Part shown: piece by piece, positions 50,801 to 64,000 of the stretch
How the letters are laid out: the number at the start of each line of letters is the position of its first letter
Position numbering within the stretch: position 1 is the stretch's first letter
From: Vicugna vicugna
Lineage: Eukaryota
Direction: 5' to 3'
Assembly: GCA_013265495.1 (NCBI GenBank)
Contig: MU058531.1
Span: 1,300,911 to 1,364,910, forward strand
DNA length: 64,000 nt
The notes under the pieces: model-generated
Seen by the model: only the letters and a program-made list of their open reading frames with translations
The model's database searches: none
Told to the model about the DNA's origin: nothing
Made by a program: the position numbers and the translations under genes

Positions 50801-52285
50801 AGGTGTACCCAGCTAGGAAACAACAAGGTTAATTTGGTATAATTGTAGCATATTCTTACAGAGAGAGAATGCATAATTGTTATAGTTTTATTTCCAAAAT
50901 GCTTAAAAATCAAATATTAAATAATCCAGCCTGGAATTTTGTTAGAGATTGGTATCAAATTTTGTTGGATTATAAATTCCAGAAACAAGCTTTTGCATAG
51001 TTTTTAAAATCTGAATTCTTCTGACATCTCTATACTTACAATTTCAAAAAGATTATGAGTAATGACTCCAGGTCATTTTCTCCAGGTTCTTTCAACATTA
51101 GATTTCAACATTAGATGGGATATACTCGAAGGGTCTTCTGGTACCCTCACATTATTCTCTGACTTAACTGTGACCTATGAAACGTGCTAACAGTTCTTTA
51201 TAAGCTGTTTGGAGCAAGAAAATAGATAAGAACCTCGGTGTGCTTGAGGTGATAGGAGCAGTCAGCAGAGAGAACGTCTGTGTGTCCTCCCTTTGTCTTC
51301 GTGCTGTCTAGGGTGTCAGTCTTCCCATGCTATGTTTTGCTTTAGTGTAACTATTAACTTCTGTTTTCTTTTAATGGATCCTTTACCATCTGAATAGTGA
51401 CCAAGTGTCATTTGTAGATCAGTTTCTCTTGGTCTTTGCTGGGAAGTATGTTTTGCTAGGAATACATTTTGACTGGATAGTTCTTCTTTTGACTTAGTCA
51501 ACTTAAGAACTTCTCCAAATTGATGACCTAATTTCCTAAACATGTAAGTAGAAGTAATACTTCATATTTTTAAAAATTAAATTGCTGGGTTTTGTTTTTG
51601 TTTTAATATTGGTAATTTTTAAGGTTTGGGGATATAATTTTGTTTCACAGATTAGTTTATGTTTATCGTGTCCACAGCCTCATTTTGACTTGTTTTCAGT
51701 TTGGGTGGTCATTCTGGTTCGGTTCTTACGTTTTAGTGAGAAAAATCAAGGCACATAGAACATTGGTTTTCCAGTAAAGTACTGCCAACAGCCACCAGAC
51801 ACTGACTGGGCATTTCCCCCAACCAAGAGTCCGTGCTGCATGACTTTTAGCTGGTGGGGACCTTATGGCCTAACTGGCCTCTCTCTGTTGAACCCTAGGG
51901 CTCCTTAGAGCCCCATTTGAAATCATGGCTCTTTTTAAAAATAGTTAAAAGTTACGAGATTTTTTGTTTACTGTGCCTAATACTTTCAGAAGTGACATAT
52001 AATAAAATATTTTATATGCTTTTCCATCTGAGCTCATGATGTGTTCTCTACCAAAATGTCTAGAGAAATGCAGATTGTCTATTTGCAAGGATTTTCTTAG
52101 TACATGAATATCATGTAAATATCCAAGAATTAGGAACACTTTTATTTACGAATACTAAAAGCTGTAAATTGAAACATTTTCAGAATACATTTTTAGAATA
52201 TTCAAAATGATAGTGGAAATGACACCTGTAGTTTTATTCAAAGCAAGATGGAGAATTTTCATTTAGTAATCTTTATTTCCTTTAG

Positions 52286-52390
<105 letters not shown>

Positions 52391-55009
52391 TAATAATCTA
52401 ATCTTGATCATTTTGGCAATTATAATCTGAAATAAAATTCTAACAAAAAAATAAAAACTGAATATATATATATTAATTGATTTTTGTGGAAACTGATCAT
52501 TTTCATGTTAAAATTTTAATTTTTAGAATGTAATATTCTGTTTAGGCAATCTGCATTTTTTAAATTTAATATCCTGATTAAAACATGATACTAATAAACA
52601 TAGCATTTTATAATTATAGGAGATATTTAAATAACTTTACATTAAGTATTCTTGAAATAAATATTGTAGCTAAATGGATTCCTTTTATGCCAACATTCTT
52701 GATGGTGTGTCTTTTTAAATTTGCGACCTTTTAGATCCATTTTAACCAATTCTTCATAGACTTCTTTTTCAGAATGTAAAATACTGTCCTTTTATCAAAA
52801 GGAATTTTGTAATTAATGTTCCTTTAGTTCCATGATATGCAAAAGTGATATTATTTAGCACTAGGTAAAACCAGCACATTGTATCTGCATCAGCGTAGTT
52901 TACTAGTTTCTTTACAGGAGAGAGCAGTTGCCCTGATACTGATCACAGCACAACTTGTAATGTGTTCAGTGTTTAGAGAATGTTTATGATCCTAGGAATA
53001 TGGCTGTAATTTATATCATAATGTGGAAACGTGGCTACCACTTCTCATCTACCCAAATGGCACTCTTAACAACTTGTATTAATTTCCTCTTCCACCCCTT
53101 TGGGTTCCGCTAGTAGCATCTTAAAAAACTAAAGCCAAGGCTAAGTTTCTCATATAAGCAAAGACATCAGAGTAACATAGTTTTTAGGCTTATGTACAAT
53201 AATATTCATATGAACAGTTATCGTAGCAGAAATAAAATAGAATTTGAACGTAGACATTGACAAGTATTAAGTCTCTATTTTGAGGAAGCCCCTCATCCTG
53301 AACTTATTTTAAAATATCTTGCAGATGAATAAATTAATCTGTGAAATAAAAATTCTTATGTGTCCAGCCCTACAAATAATAAAAAATTTCCAGAGATAGC
53401 AACTTCTACATTAAAAAAAAAATTGTGAACGTTAATCAAAGCCCTATGTACTTGGTAAAAGTAAAAGATAATAACTTATAGATATAGCAACAGTGAAAAT
53501 AGAATATTAAATTGTTTTTATAATTTGGTTTTGCACTTATTCTCTTCTTGCAAAATACCCCTTGCAGTTTTATTGCTTTACTTGTAAGTGTGACTCATTG
53601 AGTTATTTTCTAGCTTTCAGGAAGTTGTTAGAGCTGAGAGAACTGTTACTCTCATACACACTGTCTGACTGCTGGCACTTACTGCATTTCTCTGTAGAAA
53701 AGGATGGAAGGGAAGAGACTGAACCCACTGACAGCTCCTTATCTCTCCCACTGCAAAGGGCTTTCCCTATGATTTTTAGTAATATTTACTGTTTCCCCTT
53801 TATTTTGCTGCCCAACCTGTAAGGGGATGATTTAGTGAGACACCTAACAGCTGAAGCTTCTGTAGCAGCATTGGTGGTTGGAGCAGGATAGTTTGGTTTT
53901 AAATGACAATCAAAGAAGCAGTGTACCTGATTAGGAATTGCGTACTAAGTAAGTCCTTTTACTTCTTCACTTATGCATTTGTTTTACAGGCAAGATAAAG
54001 AAAATAGAATTATCTACTTTGTGCTTTTAAAAATAAAATGGTGTCTGAAGAACATTTTGAGGTCCACTTAAATCACCATAAATCAAAACATCAATATAAT
54101 TTAGCTAATAATTTGTCTAGTACAATTGGAACTGTACTGATTTTAGACTAACAGTTCAAAACTCTAGTCTCTGTCTAGCCAGACAAGAATTATTTAAAAC
54201 CCATTCTTCTTCCCCCTTTTCACACTTTAAATTAAATCCTATCAGTTTGCTTTTAATATCTAGAGAACCGAAATGTTTTATTTATAGGGACCTATGATAA
54301 ATGTTTGTTTAATGATGCCCTGTTGAATTCGTAAATCATAGCCACAGCTCCTAGTAACTCTGGAGCAGAAATGAGCTCTGGCATGAGTATCACCCTTTTT
54401 TGAAGTTCCATACAAGTTGGAAAGAGGTCCCTGAGGTATTACGCAAGTTACCAACCAGACAAAGCAGAGAGCTGCAGAGCCCTGGCAGATGCAGGCCTGA
54501 AGCACTGTCCTGAGCTTGGATGCCTCAAAGGCCCCAGAAACCATACCCACATCCATCCTTTACCCTCTTCAAATACAAACTAATGAAAAAGAGGACAGCA
54601 GCTCCTTCACATTTTGGGAAGGTGAAAGGATCCAAAAGGCAAAGGTGCCGTGAGGAACTGTGAGGTGTCCACCATTTCTTCTCATTCAGTAAGAGGCTGT
54701 CACAGAAATGTCTAAAATCTCAAAGACTGCACAGAGACGTAGACTAAGAAAGCTCAACTGCATTTCAAAACTGTGTGTGATCTTGAGATAGGACTGTGTA
54801 GGACAGGACAGACGCTGGTTCATGTTATGTCTGAATTGTTAATACCTGCGAGGTGAACTAGTGCTCTTGGCAGAAAGAGTCAGTGTTCTTTTTAAATAAT
54901 GGATACTACTTCTATTTTGTTGTAGCTATTTGAATCTTTTTTGAAATTTGGAAAACAATGTGTAAAACACTAATGAATTCAAAATTAACTTCTGTTAATG
55001 GATCTGTAA

Positions 55010-55177
<168 letters not shown>

Positions 55178-56829
55178 TAGCAGTATTACTTAGATTCTTA
55201 TTTAAAAAAAAAATAACTAGGGAAAGAGAAGAAACTAGTTCCTTTTATTGTTTCTCTCAGCTACTCCATGATAATTGGTCCCAAGTACAAGACCAAGGGC
55301 TGTGTTGAATGTGGTTTTGTTATATTTAAGGTGAGTTTAAAACCCCCTCTGAATGTGTTCAGAACTCTACTAACCTAGAGACGGAGGAGATGGCACTTAC
55401 ATTTTTTTAAACCCCAATAAAATGCGGGAACTTTCAAGTTCTGCCCTGACTAATACGTTTAATGGTGAAGATATTATTTTTTGGTTGTGGTAGAGGGAAC
55501 AGATAGGGTAGAATCTAGATAATCTTTTTTTCAGCTACCTCTTTTACATTCAAAGTATAAAATCGGACCAAAGGGTAAGTGAGTTTGCAGTGGTTTCTGA
55601 TGCCAGAATTAGGTTATTGTGCAATATGGAAGAAGTGATTAAAAGGAGAAACCTAAGACAATTAAAAAAAAAATCCAAAAGGGAACTTCTGTATTTTGAA
55701 CTATATCTTTGATGAGGGTTAATTAGAAGTTTCAAGCATGCCTTATCTGAGTTGTATGTAACATTGATATCAGGGAAATTTGAAGGACTAAGGATTATAA
55801 GGATGATACGTAGCCATAAGGAATATAGTAGTAACTATGAAAAACACAAAATTAAGACATGTAGCCTCACATAATTACAGTGGTTCAAAAACATACTTAT
55901 ATTGAATGTCAATATCTATGGAACTGTTTTTTGTTTTCCAGAAGAACTATCTTGATACGATATAATAATAAATGGAGCACCTAACTTGTTAAGTCAGAAT
56001 TTTTTTTTCTATTTGCATCCCACTTGACGAAGCCTTCCTTGTGAGGCTGAATGCTTGTGACCAAGAGAAGCAAATTATGTTCTAGTCCCAGCCACCAACT
56101 AGTTGTGTGCCCTTGAAGAGCTCATGAAACCTCTTAGGGCTCATTTTTTTAAAAATCTAATTGTCTTTGTATTTGGTAAATCACTACTTGCCTTACTATG
56201 ACATTTTATATATTTCTAAATGGTGTACATACATCACTCATTTAATCCTTCTAACTAAAATGTTTCTGGTACCACATGCAGATTACAGAGCAAGCCAATT
56301 CTCTCTTGCCCAGCACTGCTGGGGCCTGATTATTGTGATTATTACACATAATACTGATATAATATTGATATAATTTTAGCTTTCTTTGATGGTTCATTGG
56401 ACATTTCAGTTTGTGTTAGTGCTTGAGATCGTCATTATGAATAGGTTTGCCTTAAGGCTGAAGAGATGTAACTAGTTGTCCAGTGCAGGATCTGTGCTGG
56501 CACTCATTTGTCCTTCCCAAGATCACTTCCCAAAGGTCACCCACACTGCCGGTTATTTTAATGTCAAAGCACAGAAGAGCTAATTAATAGAAATTGTTAT
56601 TAATAAAGAGTTAAATCAGTCCTTACTACAGTTATGCTTCTGATTACACATTTCTGAGTAGTTTAAATTCCCTGGTTGTTAAAGGCATATTTTAATAAAA
56701 GTTGGTTCAAAAAATTGTTTAGTACCTTATGATTTTTATACAGGTAATAAATGAAAAAGTTACCACATTTTGTACTGAGTACAACAGTAAAATACTGTAT
56801 TAGCCCATTTCCTTTTTTCCAGCATGACA

Positions 56830-57703
56830 AACCTGATTTTTGTTTGTTCTCCTCTAAACCTGTTTTTCCCTCAGCCTTCACAGTCTCAGCAGTTCCAAGA
56901 TTAGTAGTTTCATTTTTCCCGTTTCTCAGACCAAAATCCCTCAAGTCAATCCTGGTTAGTTTCATCCATCCTTAGCAAATTCTCTGACCCCTTCCATCAA
57001 AATACAATAATCAGAATCCAGTTATATCTTACACCTCCATTCTGCCGTTCTGGTCCCTCCACCATCACTGTTGCCCAGATTTCTACAGATTCTCCTCCCT
57101 GGTCTCCATGTGTCCATCCACTCTTGCTCCTGTCTTCACCCAGCACAGCAGCCAGGGTGACCCTCTCAGCACCAGTTAGGACGCACCACCTCTGTGCTCT
57201 AAATCTCCAGTAACACCTAGTGTCATTTAGACAAAAGCCTAAGTCCTTCCGGGGACCTATAGATGGCAGGCTCCGCACGGTTTTCCCCAGACACCTCCCT
57301 GATCTGACCCTTTGCTCCCTCCCTCTGGCTTCACCGGCCTCTGTGTTTCTTCTAAAATGCCAGGCTTGCCTTCTCCTCCCCAAGTATTCATCTAACTTGT
57401 TCCCTTTACCCCTTTCACTCAGAATTTTGCTTCTACATCACCTCCTCGGTGAGACCTCTGACTTTGCATAATAGTACAACTCCCCCGCCCAGCCTGGCAC
57501 TCAGTCCCTTTTCATGCCTTGCTGTTCTCCATCGTATTTCATACCGTCTGACACACCGTGCCTCTGATGCGTGTTGATTGTTTGTCCTCAATTATACGTA
57601 GTCTGAGGGCAGGGAAGAGGATTTGTTCACTGCTCAGTCTCCAGCACCTCAAGCAGTGCCTGGTACAGATACGTGATAAGTATCTGATCGAAGAGTGAAT
57701 GAA
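56830..57703 (+). mobile_element. L2 LINE relic
   Basis: Pyrimidine-rich L2 body ending tttgttcactgctcagtctccagcacctcaagcagtgcctggtacagatac...gagtgaatgaa. Confidence 0.7.
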
Positions 57704-59489
57704 AGTCTAGTCTTTTATAAGGTAATGGCTATGTGGAATATATCCTAAAGGTCATTTCGTTTATTTCCATCTGTTTCCCATGTGTTTTTTGTTAAACAAA
57801 TTTTAAGCTTTTGCTCATGTTTCAATTATGTTATTATAATAGTACCTGATGAATTCTGACAGTTGGAGTGAATGGACAGATTAGCAATAAAACAGTTCTT
57901 TCTTAAGCCCCTCACGGCATATTTGCTGCAGTCACATCCCTTCCCATCTCTACCCTCCATTGCCAGCCAGATGCCAGGATGTCTGAAAAGCTCACATTAC
58001 TCTACCTACTGGCACTGCTAACTGGCTCTGCCTTGGGCAGGGGTCAGTGTATATCCTAAACTAATGACCACCTTATGGTTCTTTTACTTCTAGTAGTTTT
58101 TTACATTAAACATTTTAATCCACCTGGGATTTGTTCATTTACACACACATACCTGCCATGAGGCTAAGACTCTAACTTACCCTAGGAACGTTTTTGCCCG
58201 AAATATAATTTATATAGTAACCCATAATTTGCCTCAGTGTTTACACCATTATCTATGCATGTGTATCTAGACATATGTGTACACACACAGATGTGTACAT
58301 CGACATACCTGGACGTTCTTTTTGTTCTTCTGAGCAGGACTTACTCTACACCAGCATTGCACATTATAGCTTTTGTAAAAATGTGATCACTAACACCCCT
58401 ATCTAAAACCCCTTAATTTTCCATTTTCTTCAGGATATGTTTAAATAAAGCCTGAATTAACTTATAAGGAAAGGAGTCCGGCCTTTTAGGTTGCTTTATG
58501 ATATGTATCAGTTATCTGTTAGGGCAAAGCTCATTATTATTATTATTTTAAAAACTGTGTTGGCTATTTATCCCCACATATTTTCTTTCAGGTGAGCTTG
58601 AGAATGGGATTGTGATTGGCATTGGATTAAATTTCTAGGTGGATTTGGCTGGCATTTGCAGTCTTTTATTGTCTTTGGTGCTGTGGGGTGTCCTCTTAAG
58701 CTCTGCACTCTTCCGTGTCTGAGTGAAGCCTGTGGTTTTCGCCCCTCTTCACGTTGGATGCCGCCTCTGCCCTTCTGGGTCTTTGGCCTCAGGCTAGGCT
58801 ACCCCGTATTCAGATCACCTCTTTACCTTGACCTATTTCTAGACTCCTAGGAAGAGTCTTAGGAAGTTGACTTTGCCTTGGTTTCTCAAGCAGGATGTTT
58901 CTGTCTGTAAGGCTCCTCCCCTTTGTCCTGGGGCAGTTCCACTTAGGCTCAGCCTCTTTTCTGTCGTCTCTGCTCTTTCTGGATCCTTGTCCTCATTGTG
59001 AAGCATTGATTTTCAGAAGATGTTTATCTTTAGGAATCAAGTATCTGGTCAAACTTAGCTAACTCCTAGAAATTTTTCAGTTCATAACAATATTTATGCC
59101 TCAAGATTGGTGTTCATCTTTTGCTTACTAGTAGGAGAAAACGTACCTTTTTTTCAAACCGTTGCTTCTCAAACTTAAATGCAAATTATAAATCACCTGG
59201 GGATCTTGGTAAAATACAGATTCTGACTCAGTAGTCCTAGGGTAGGACAAAAGTTCAGCATTTCTAACAAGCTCCCAGGGGATGCCAGTGCATCTGATCT
59301 TTGGACCATCTTTTAGTAAGAAGATTTTAGGAGACATGATTTATGACCACTGGCTTACCTTGTGACCCTGTGGTTTCCACATCTGTAAGTTGAGAGTGTA
59401 GAATTCAAGAATTAGATTTCAGTTTGGGAGGGACTTAGTCACCAATCTGATATGTGGATTCTGTTTATAATATCCGTGCGGTGTTCATC

Positions 59490-60110
59490 ACAGTTTTTGA
59501 AACAAAATGAAATCATATATATTGTTTTGCAACTTCTTTCTCTCATTTGTTAATATGTCTTGTGAAAAATTAGTAAACTTGAAAGTTGTTCTTTGTAAAA
59601 GTTCATAGTATTCCATTTGTGTGGCTATAGCATGATGTGATTAAGGTTTTTCTTTTTTTCAAATATTTGACACTGCAAGCAATACCTTGTTCCAGTACAT
59701 ATATGCTTTTGCACGTGTAAGCATGTCAACTGGCTAAATTCCAGATGTGGTTTTACAGCAGAGTGTGCATGTTTTAAATTTTGATAGACTGATAAATTGC
59801 TCCCTAAAAAAGTTTTAGCAGTTTATAATCATACCAGTAATGTATGGGTGCCCATTTTCTGATCTCCTCACCAACACAATGTATTTTCAGCTTTGTATTT
59901 CTTGTGTGACATCTCCTCCCATGTCCGTTGCCCTCTTTTTCCTGCCGTGGAGTCTGTCTTTTTCTTACTGACTTCTGGGTGCTCTCTGTGTATCCTGGAT
60001 ATTCCTATTTTGCTATGGATGTCGCAGTGATTTCTTCCCAGTTGTGTCCTGCCCAGTTTTGCCTCAGTTTTTTGATCCTTCAAATTGGGATAACACCTAT
60101 CAAAAGTTTT
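59490..60110 (-). mobile_element. Old L1 (L1ME-like) fragment
   Basis: caaaatgaaatcatatatattgttttgcaactt...atagtattccatttgtgtggcta...cagtttataatcataccagtaatgtatgggtgccc. A further fragment lies at ~58060-58640. Confidence 0.6.
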
Positions 60111-60825
60111 TAGTCAAAACTAATGAAATACAGTACTTAGCAGGGTGCCCGACATAATGAATGTAATTTTCTGATAGCTTACGTGTGTTGACTCTCACCA
60201 CTGCTGTAACTCTCTCCTCCTGCCCCTGGCCCCAGCCCGGGAGCACGCCGTGGGCATCTGCCTCTTCAGCCTCACCCTCTCGGGAGCTTGTGCTCTTCCC
60301 ACTCCCCTCACCTCCCCTCACCTCGGGTAGCTTGAGGACCTACTCTCAGAACTCCCTCCTTTCCCACATAACCCTTGTTGGCCTTTTCCCTTCCAGCAAC
60401 CGCTGCCAGTCCCGACCTAGAGTTACTGCACCATGTTTGTCTTGCTGTGCTTCGTTTGCATGTTACCAAGCAATTTGAGGGAAAGCAAACCTCTGTCTTG
60501 ACTAATACAAAAGGGATTAATAAGAAAAAACTAATCATTTAGTGAAATTTGCCTCTTTCCACCCCAAATCTTGTTAAATGCTATTTGTGACTTGCATAGT
60601 TAGGCAAAGTCTGATAGGCCAGAGTGTGGGGACTCTTCAGAGAGAAAAGGGGGGAGGTTGTCAGGGATAACAGTGCTGGGCGTGTCTTAAAGCATGTGGC
60701 TGAGCCCTGTGCAGAAATTCAAGGACTGCCTTCTAGGGAAAGGTCTTTTAGGAAATGGAGAATTTCTGAAATTTTATTTAAAAGGCTACCAATATATTTG
60801 TTTAAATCACTGCTTAAATATTCTT

Positions 60826-60974
60826 CTTTTTTTTTTCTGGTGGCGGGGGTAGGTAGCTAGGTTTAGTTAATTTATTTGTTTGTTTGTTTGTTTATGAGGA
60901 GGGACTGGGGATTGAACCCAGGACCTCATGCATGCTAAGCATGCACTTTATCACTGAGCTATATTCTCCCCCGC
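60826..60974 (-). mobile_element. Camelid tRNA-derived SINE (vic-1-like) with TSD
   Basis: ggactggggattgaacccaggacctcatgcatgctaagcatgcactttatcactgagctatattctccccc. 13-bp TSD cttaaatattctt (60813-60825 / 60975-60987). Confidence 0.9.
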
Positions 60975-61852
60975 CTTAAATATTCTTTCGAAGTATACTT
61001 TAAAAAGCTGCTCTGGGATGTTAGATTTATCTATATTTCATAATTCCATTACAGTTAAAATGTTTGTCTTTAGTAAGTGCTTAGCATAATATTGAAAAAT
61101 CACAATTTGGAAATGATTTTTTTAATACGAATGGTTAAACTGTTAAAAAAAAAAAGTTAGTGGATTTACAAATGAATCTACTCACTAGTTAAAAGTATCT
61201 TCATTCATGGATTTACTCCCAAAATATTTTTTGACCGGCTGCTGTGTGCCAGGTCTGTGACTTAGCTATTAAGACCTAAGACTGTGGCAAATATGAGTAA
61301 GATATAGTCTCAAGGAGCTCATACCCTAACACTATCAAAATAGTTATGGAGACTGAGAGTCTAATCTGAACAATGTAAAGAACCTAATCTAAAGCAGAAA
61401 ATGGATCCTTACAGGCTGAGGCAAGTTCCCTGCCCCTCTCAGAGCTCTGAGCCCCTTCCGCAGTGTTACTTTCAGGGTGTTGAAGAGGAGATCTAGGTGA
61501 GATTAGTTACAGGAAGGGACAGAAGGAAGAGGGTGCCCCTCCTGGATTGAGGAGGCAAGGGTTCTCTAAGGAATTAGCATTTGAAGAGGAGATGGAAAGG
61601 TCACCAATGTGGTAATATTTGCAAAATATTAACAAGACTCATATTTAGATACTAAAATTATTTCAAGCTAAATTTACCAGCCACTGAGTTATTAAAATCT
61701 TTTTCCAAAAACAACTATCATATTTTGGACAGTGTTTACTTAAAGTTAATCATGCTGACTCATGTTTGACGTTCAGATATTTTAAATAATCAGTTTTAAA
61801 TATGTACCCAGTTGTGGATGCCTCTTATCTGATGAGTTCATCTCCTCCGCAG

Positions 61853-61912
61853 TTTCGGTGTCTGAACTGCTCATCTTCGCAAGTCTGCCCTCAGGATGGC
61901 CCTTTGTATCAG
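61853..61912 (+). CDS. PCGF5: PCGF5 exon 9 (60-nt phase-0 exon, probably a cassette)
   Basis: Acceptor ttcatctcctccgcAG|, donor CAG|GTAAGA. Encodes FRCLNCSSSQVCPQDGPLYQ, matching my recollection of the long mammalian PCGF5 C-terminal region. Confidence 0.85.
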
Positions 61913-61947
61913 GTAAGAGGCACTCACGACTGTACATATGACCCTCA

Positions 61948-61991
61948 TGATGCCTGTTGCCAAGGTGATGCCTGTCGCCAAGGTGATGCCT
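61948..61991 (+). repeat. 18-bp tandem duplication (2.4 copies)
   Basis: tgatgcctgttgccaagg tgatgcctgtcgccaagg tgatgcct. Confidence 0.9.
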
Positions 61992-64000
61992 TCATCCCAA
62001 ACTCAGGTTCCTGAGACATGGAATTTTGTGAAACTAATACTCATTTGAGCTATGAAACTTCATCTTTTCAACTTATGTCCCCAAAGTTTCCCATTATTTT
62101 AGTTCTCTTGAACTATCTAATTTTACTGAACTAAAAATGAAATTTTAAATGATAATTAAGGCCATTATTTATGAATCAGGGATTTTTAATAATTACCAAT
62201 TTCGGCCCTTGAGAAATCTCTGCTCCGTATTGATCTCTACTCCATTCTTAACAGTTGCGTGTGCGTGTGTGTGTATGTGTTTAATTAATCATCCATCCCC
62301 AAGTGAAAGATAAAACGCCAGACTAGGTGAAGCCGGATAACAGCAGCAGCTAAATGTGGCTGTGGGCTTGCTTACTGGGCCTGCCCTGGGCTCTTGAGTT
62401 AGCGCTTCGAATAGATAAATGACCATGACCTAAATTTAGTAATGCTCCAAGAAAACTTGAACATGCCTCTGAGGAAAGTTTGTCTAATAAGAAAAGACTA
62501 AGTGTTAGTATAGTAAGGATTAGTGTTGAGTACAAAGATGATCTGTAGTCAGCCTTAATCCATAGGTTAATCAGAGCATTTCTTTAAAATCTCTGTTCTT
62601 TTCTCTCAGAAATTAGTCTTTATCCTTATTTCCTAAGGATGAAGGCGCTAAGAAAGGAGAACTATAATTACATAACAAACTTAACCAGCAGATTTACCTT
62701 TGATGTTGCAGTTTTAGGGTTGGGACAAATGAATGTATGTTAAGTATTAAAAGAACCATTTCAAATAAAAAAATGTTAAATTGGCAAACTAACATTTCCC
62801 TCAGTCTCATTGTCAGTGCTGTGATAATGGAAATGCCTACACTGTCATTAAAATGTGTGGTTCTGGTTTTTTTTTTTTTGTACTCCAGTGTACTTCTATT
62901 TAATTCTATTTTTTCTTTAAATAGAAACAAACAGTATTGCAAATGGCAGGTTGGTAAAATTAGCATGTTATACGTTACAAATGTGTTGAGATTATCATGT
63001 TATTTCATTAGTAAGAGGTACGTATCCACTTTCATCACATAAACCAAATATTAACCCCCCAAAAAGACTTTCTTGGTCATATTCCACTGAGTTAAGATCA
63101 TTATATAATAGATACCACCCCCCACACCCCACCCAACACACACACAAATCCAGCCTTTTACTGATGGGATCATTTCAGTGTTTCCTATAGCCAGTTAGGT
63201 ATCCATTTTTCCCCCAAACACAGACATCACCTCATTGCTGTGGCTAATTGCATTTTCCTTCCTAGCCTTTGACAACCAGACCTTTGTTAATGCTGTTCAT
63301 CAGTATATTAGACTTAGGTCATCCTTCCAAAACATTACAGAAGACCCAGATGCTGATGTAAATTGTGCTCCCCAAAAGTACTGTCCTCCTCCTCCATGCA
63401 GATATATCCCTGACCCCCTCCCATTTTTGTTCACTCTTCCTGTTTTCACTGAATCTGTCATGCTTGGAAAAAAGTATTTATTCATAGGCTTTAAGAAACA
63501 TTATGCTTTGTTTACTTAATAAATCAAATAATCAGTTAATTATGAAGTTACATAAAATTTTTATACAAAATTTAGCAATTGCTTATTCCAGTTGAACTTC
63601 AAAATTAGATTCATTTTCCAGAGTAAAGACTTCCTTCTATTCAAAATGTGTTGCTTCTTAATACACACTGGTTAAGTCCTGGGTTTTTAGTAATGGAATA
63701 AGCAAAATTAGCCACCATAAAGGCCAAGAGAAAATGATTTAGGGAAAAAGATCCCTCTCCTTACGTTTTGCAGTTGAGGGCAGAGGGTGAGTAAATAATT
63801 TAACTGAGCTGGTGAGATGTGTCTAGGTGGTTCAGCTGCTTTTAGCTTCACAGCTGATTGGGGCATGAATTGTAGTGATGCCCCTGCCTTTAGTTATAAC
63901 ACATACATACATGGCTTTTTGCTTTTACGTGGCACTGATGCCTGCTTACTTCCTGAGAAATAAAGCTGTTCTTAAACTCTAACCTAAAGTATTAGAGAAC

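Noticed and set aside
51090..51115. Short direct duplications (tttcaacattaga x2; ttttaataaacaga x2 at ~20358-20388)
   Set aside because: Ordinary slippage duplications with only two copies and no array or spacer structure.
61829..61875. CTGATGAG as a hammerhead ribozyme core or snoRNA C box
   Set aside because: No stem II followed by GAAA on the same strand, and no convincing terminal stem or guide for a C/D snoRNA. The sequence overlaps a splice acceptor and exon.

Overview
Mammalian nuclear DNA, very likely a camelid (four tRNA-Ala-derived vic-1-type SINEs), containing most of the + strand gene PCGF5 (Polycomb group RING finger 5, a non-canonical PRC1.5 subunit). A CpG-island promoter at ~6.9-7.6 kb is interrupted by a 382-nt N gap that probably hides a non-coding first exon. 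Eight coding exons (9329-9440, 26236-26332, 35264-35319, 35431-35490, 37962-38110, 52286-52384, 55025-55114, 61853-61912) splice through GT-AG junctions into one open 723-nt frame. It encodes 241 aa ([23 protein letters not shown]...DGPLYQ): a C3HC4 RING plus most of the RAWUL domain. The last exon and stop codon lie beyond the window. The introns are mostly transposon relics (L1, L2, MIR, MER, MLT1), including an ~8.7-kb nested, gene-sense L1 complex with its target-site duplication (TSD) still readable. I found no new multi-gene system. The best leads are regulatory features of PCGF5: stacked uORFs with a TGATG stop/start overlap, a stop-free in-frame 111-nt intron, a possible L2-derived truncating terminal exon, inverted young L1 ends flanking exons 3-6, a compact E-box/AP-1/NF-kB motif cluster and a phase-0 Cys-rich cassette-like exon. 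Repeat subfamily names and most repeat boundaries are by eye and approximate.
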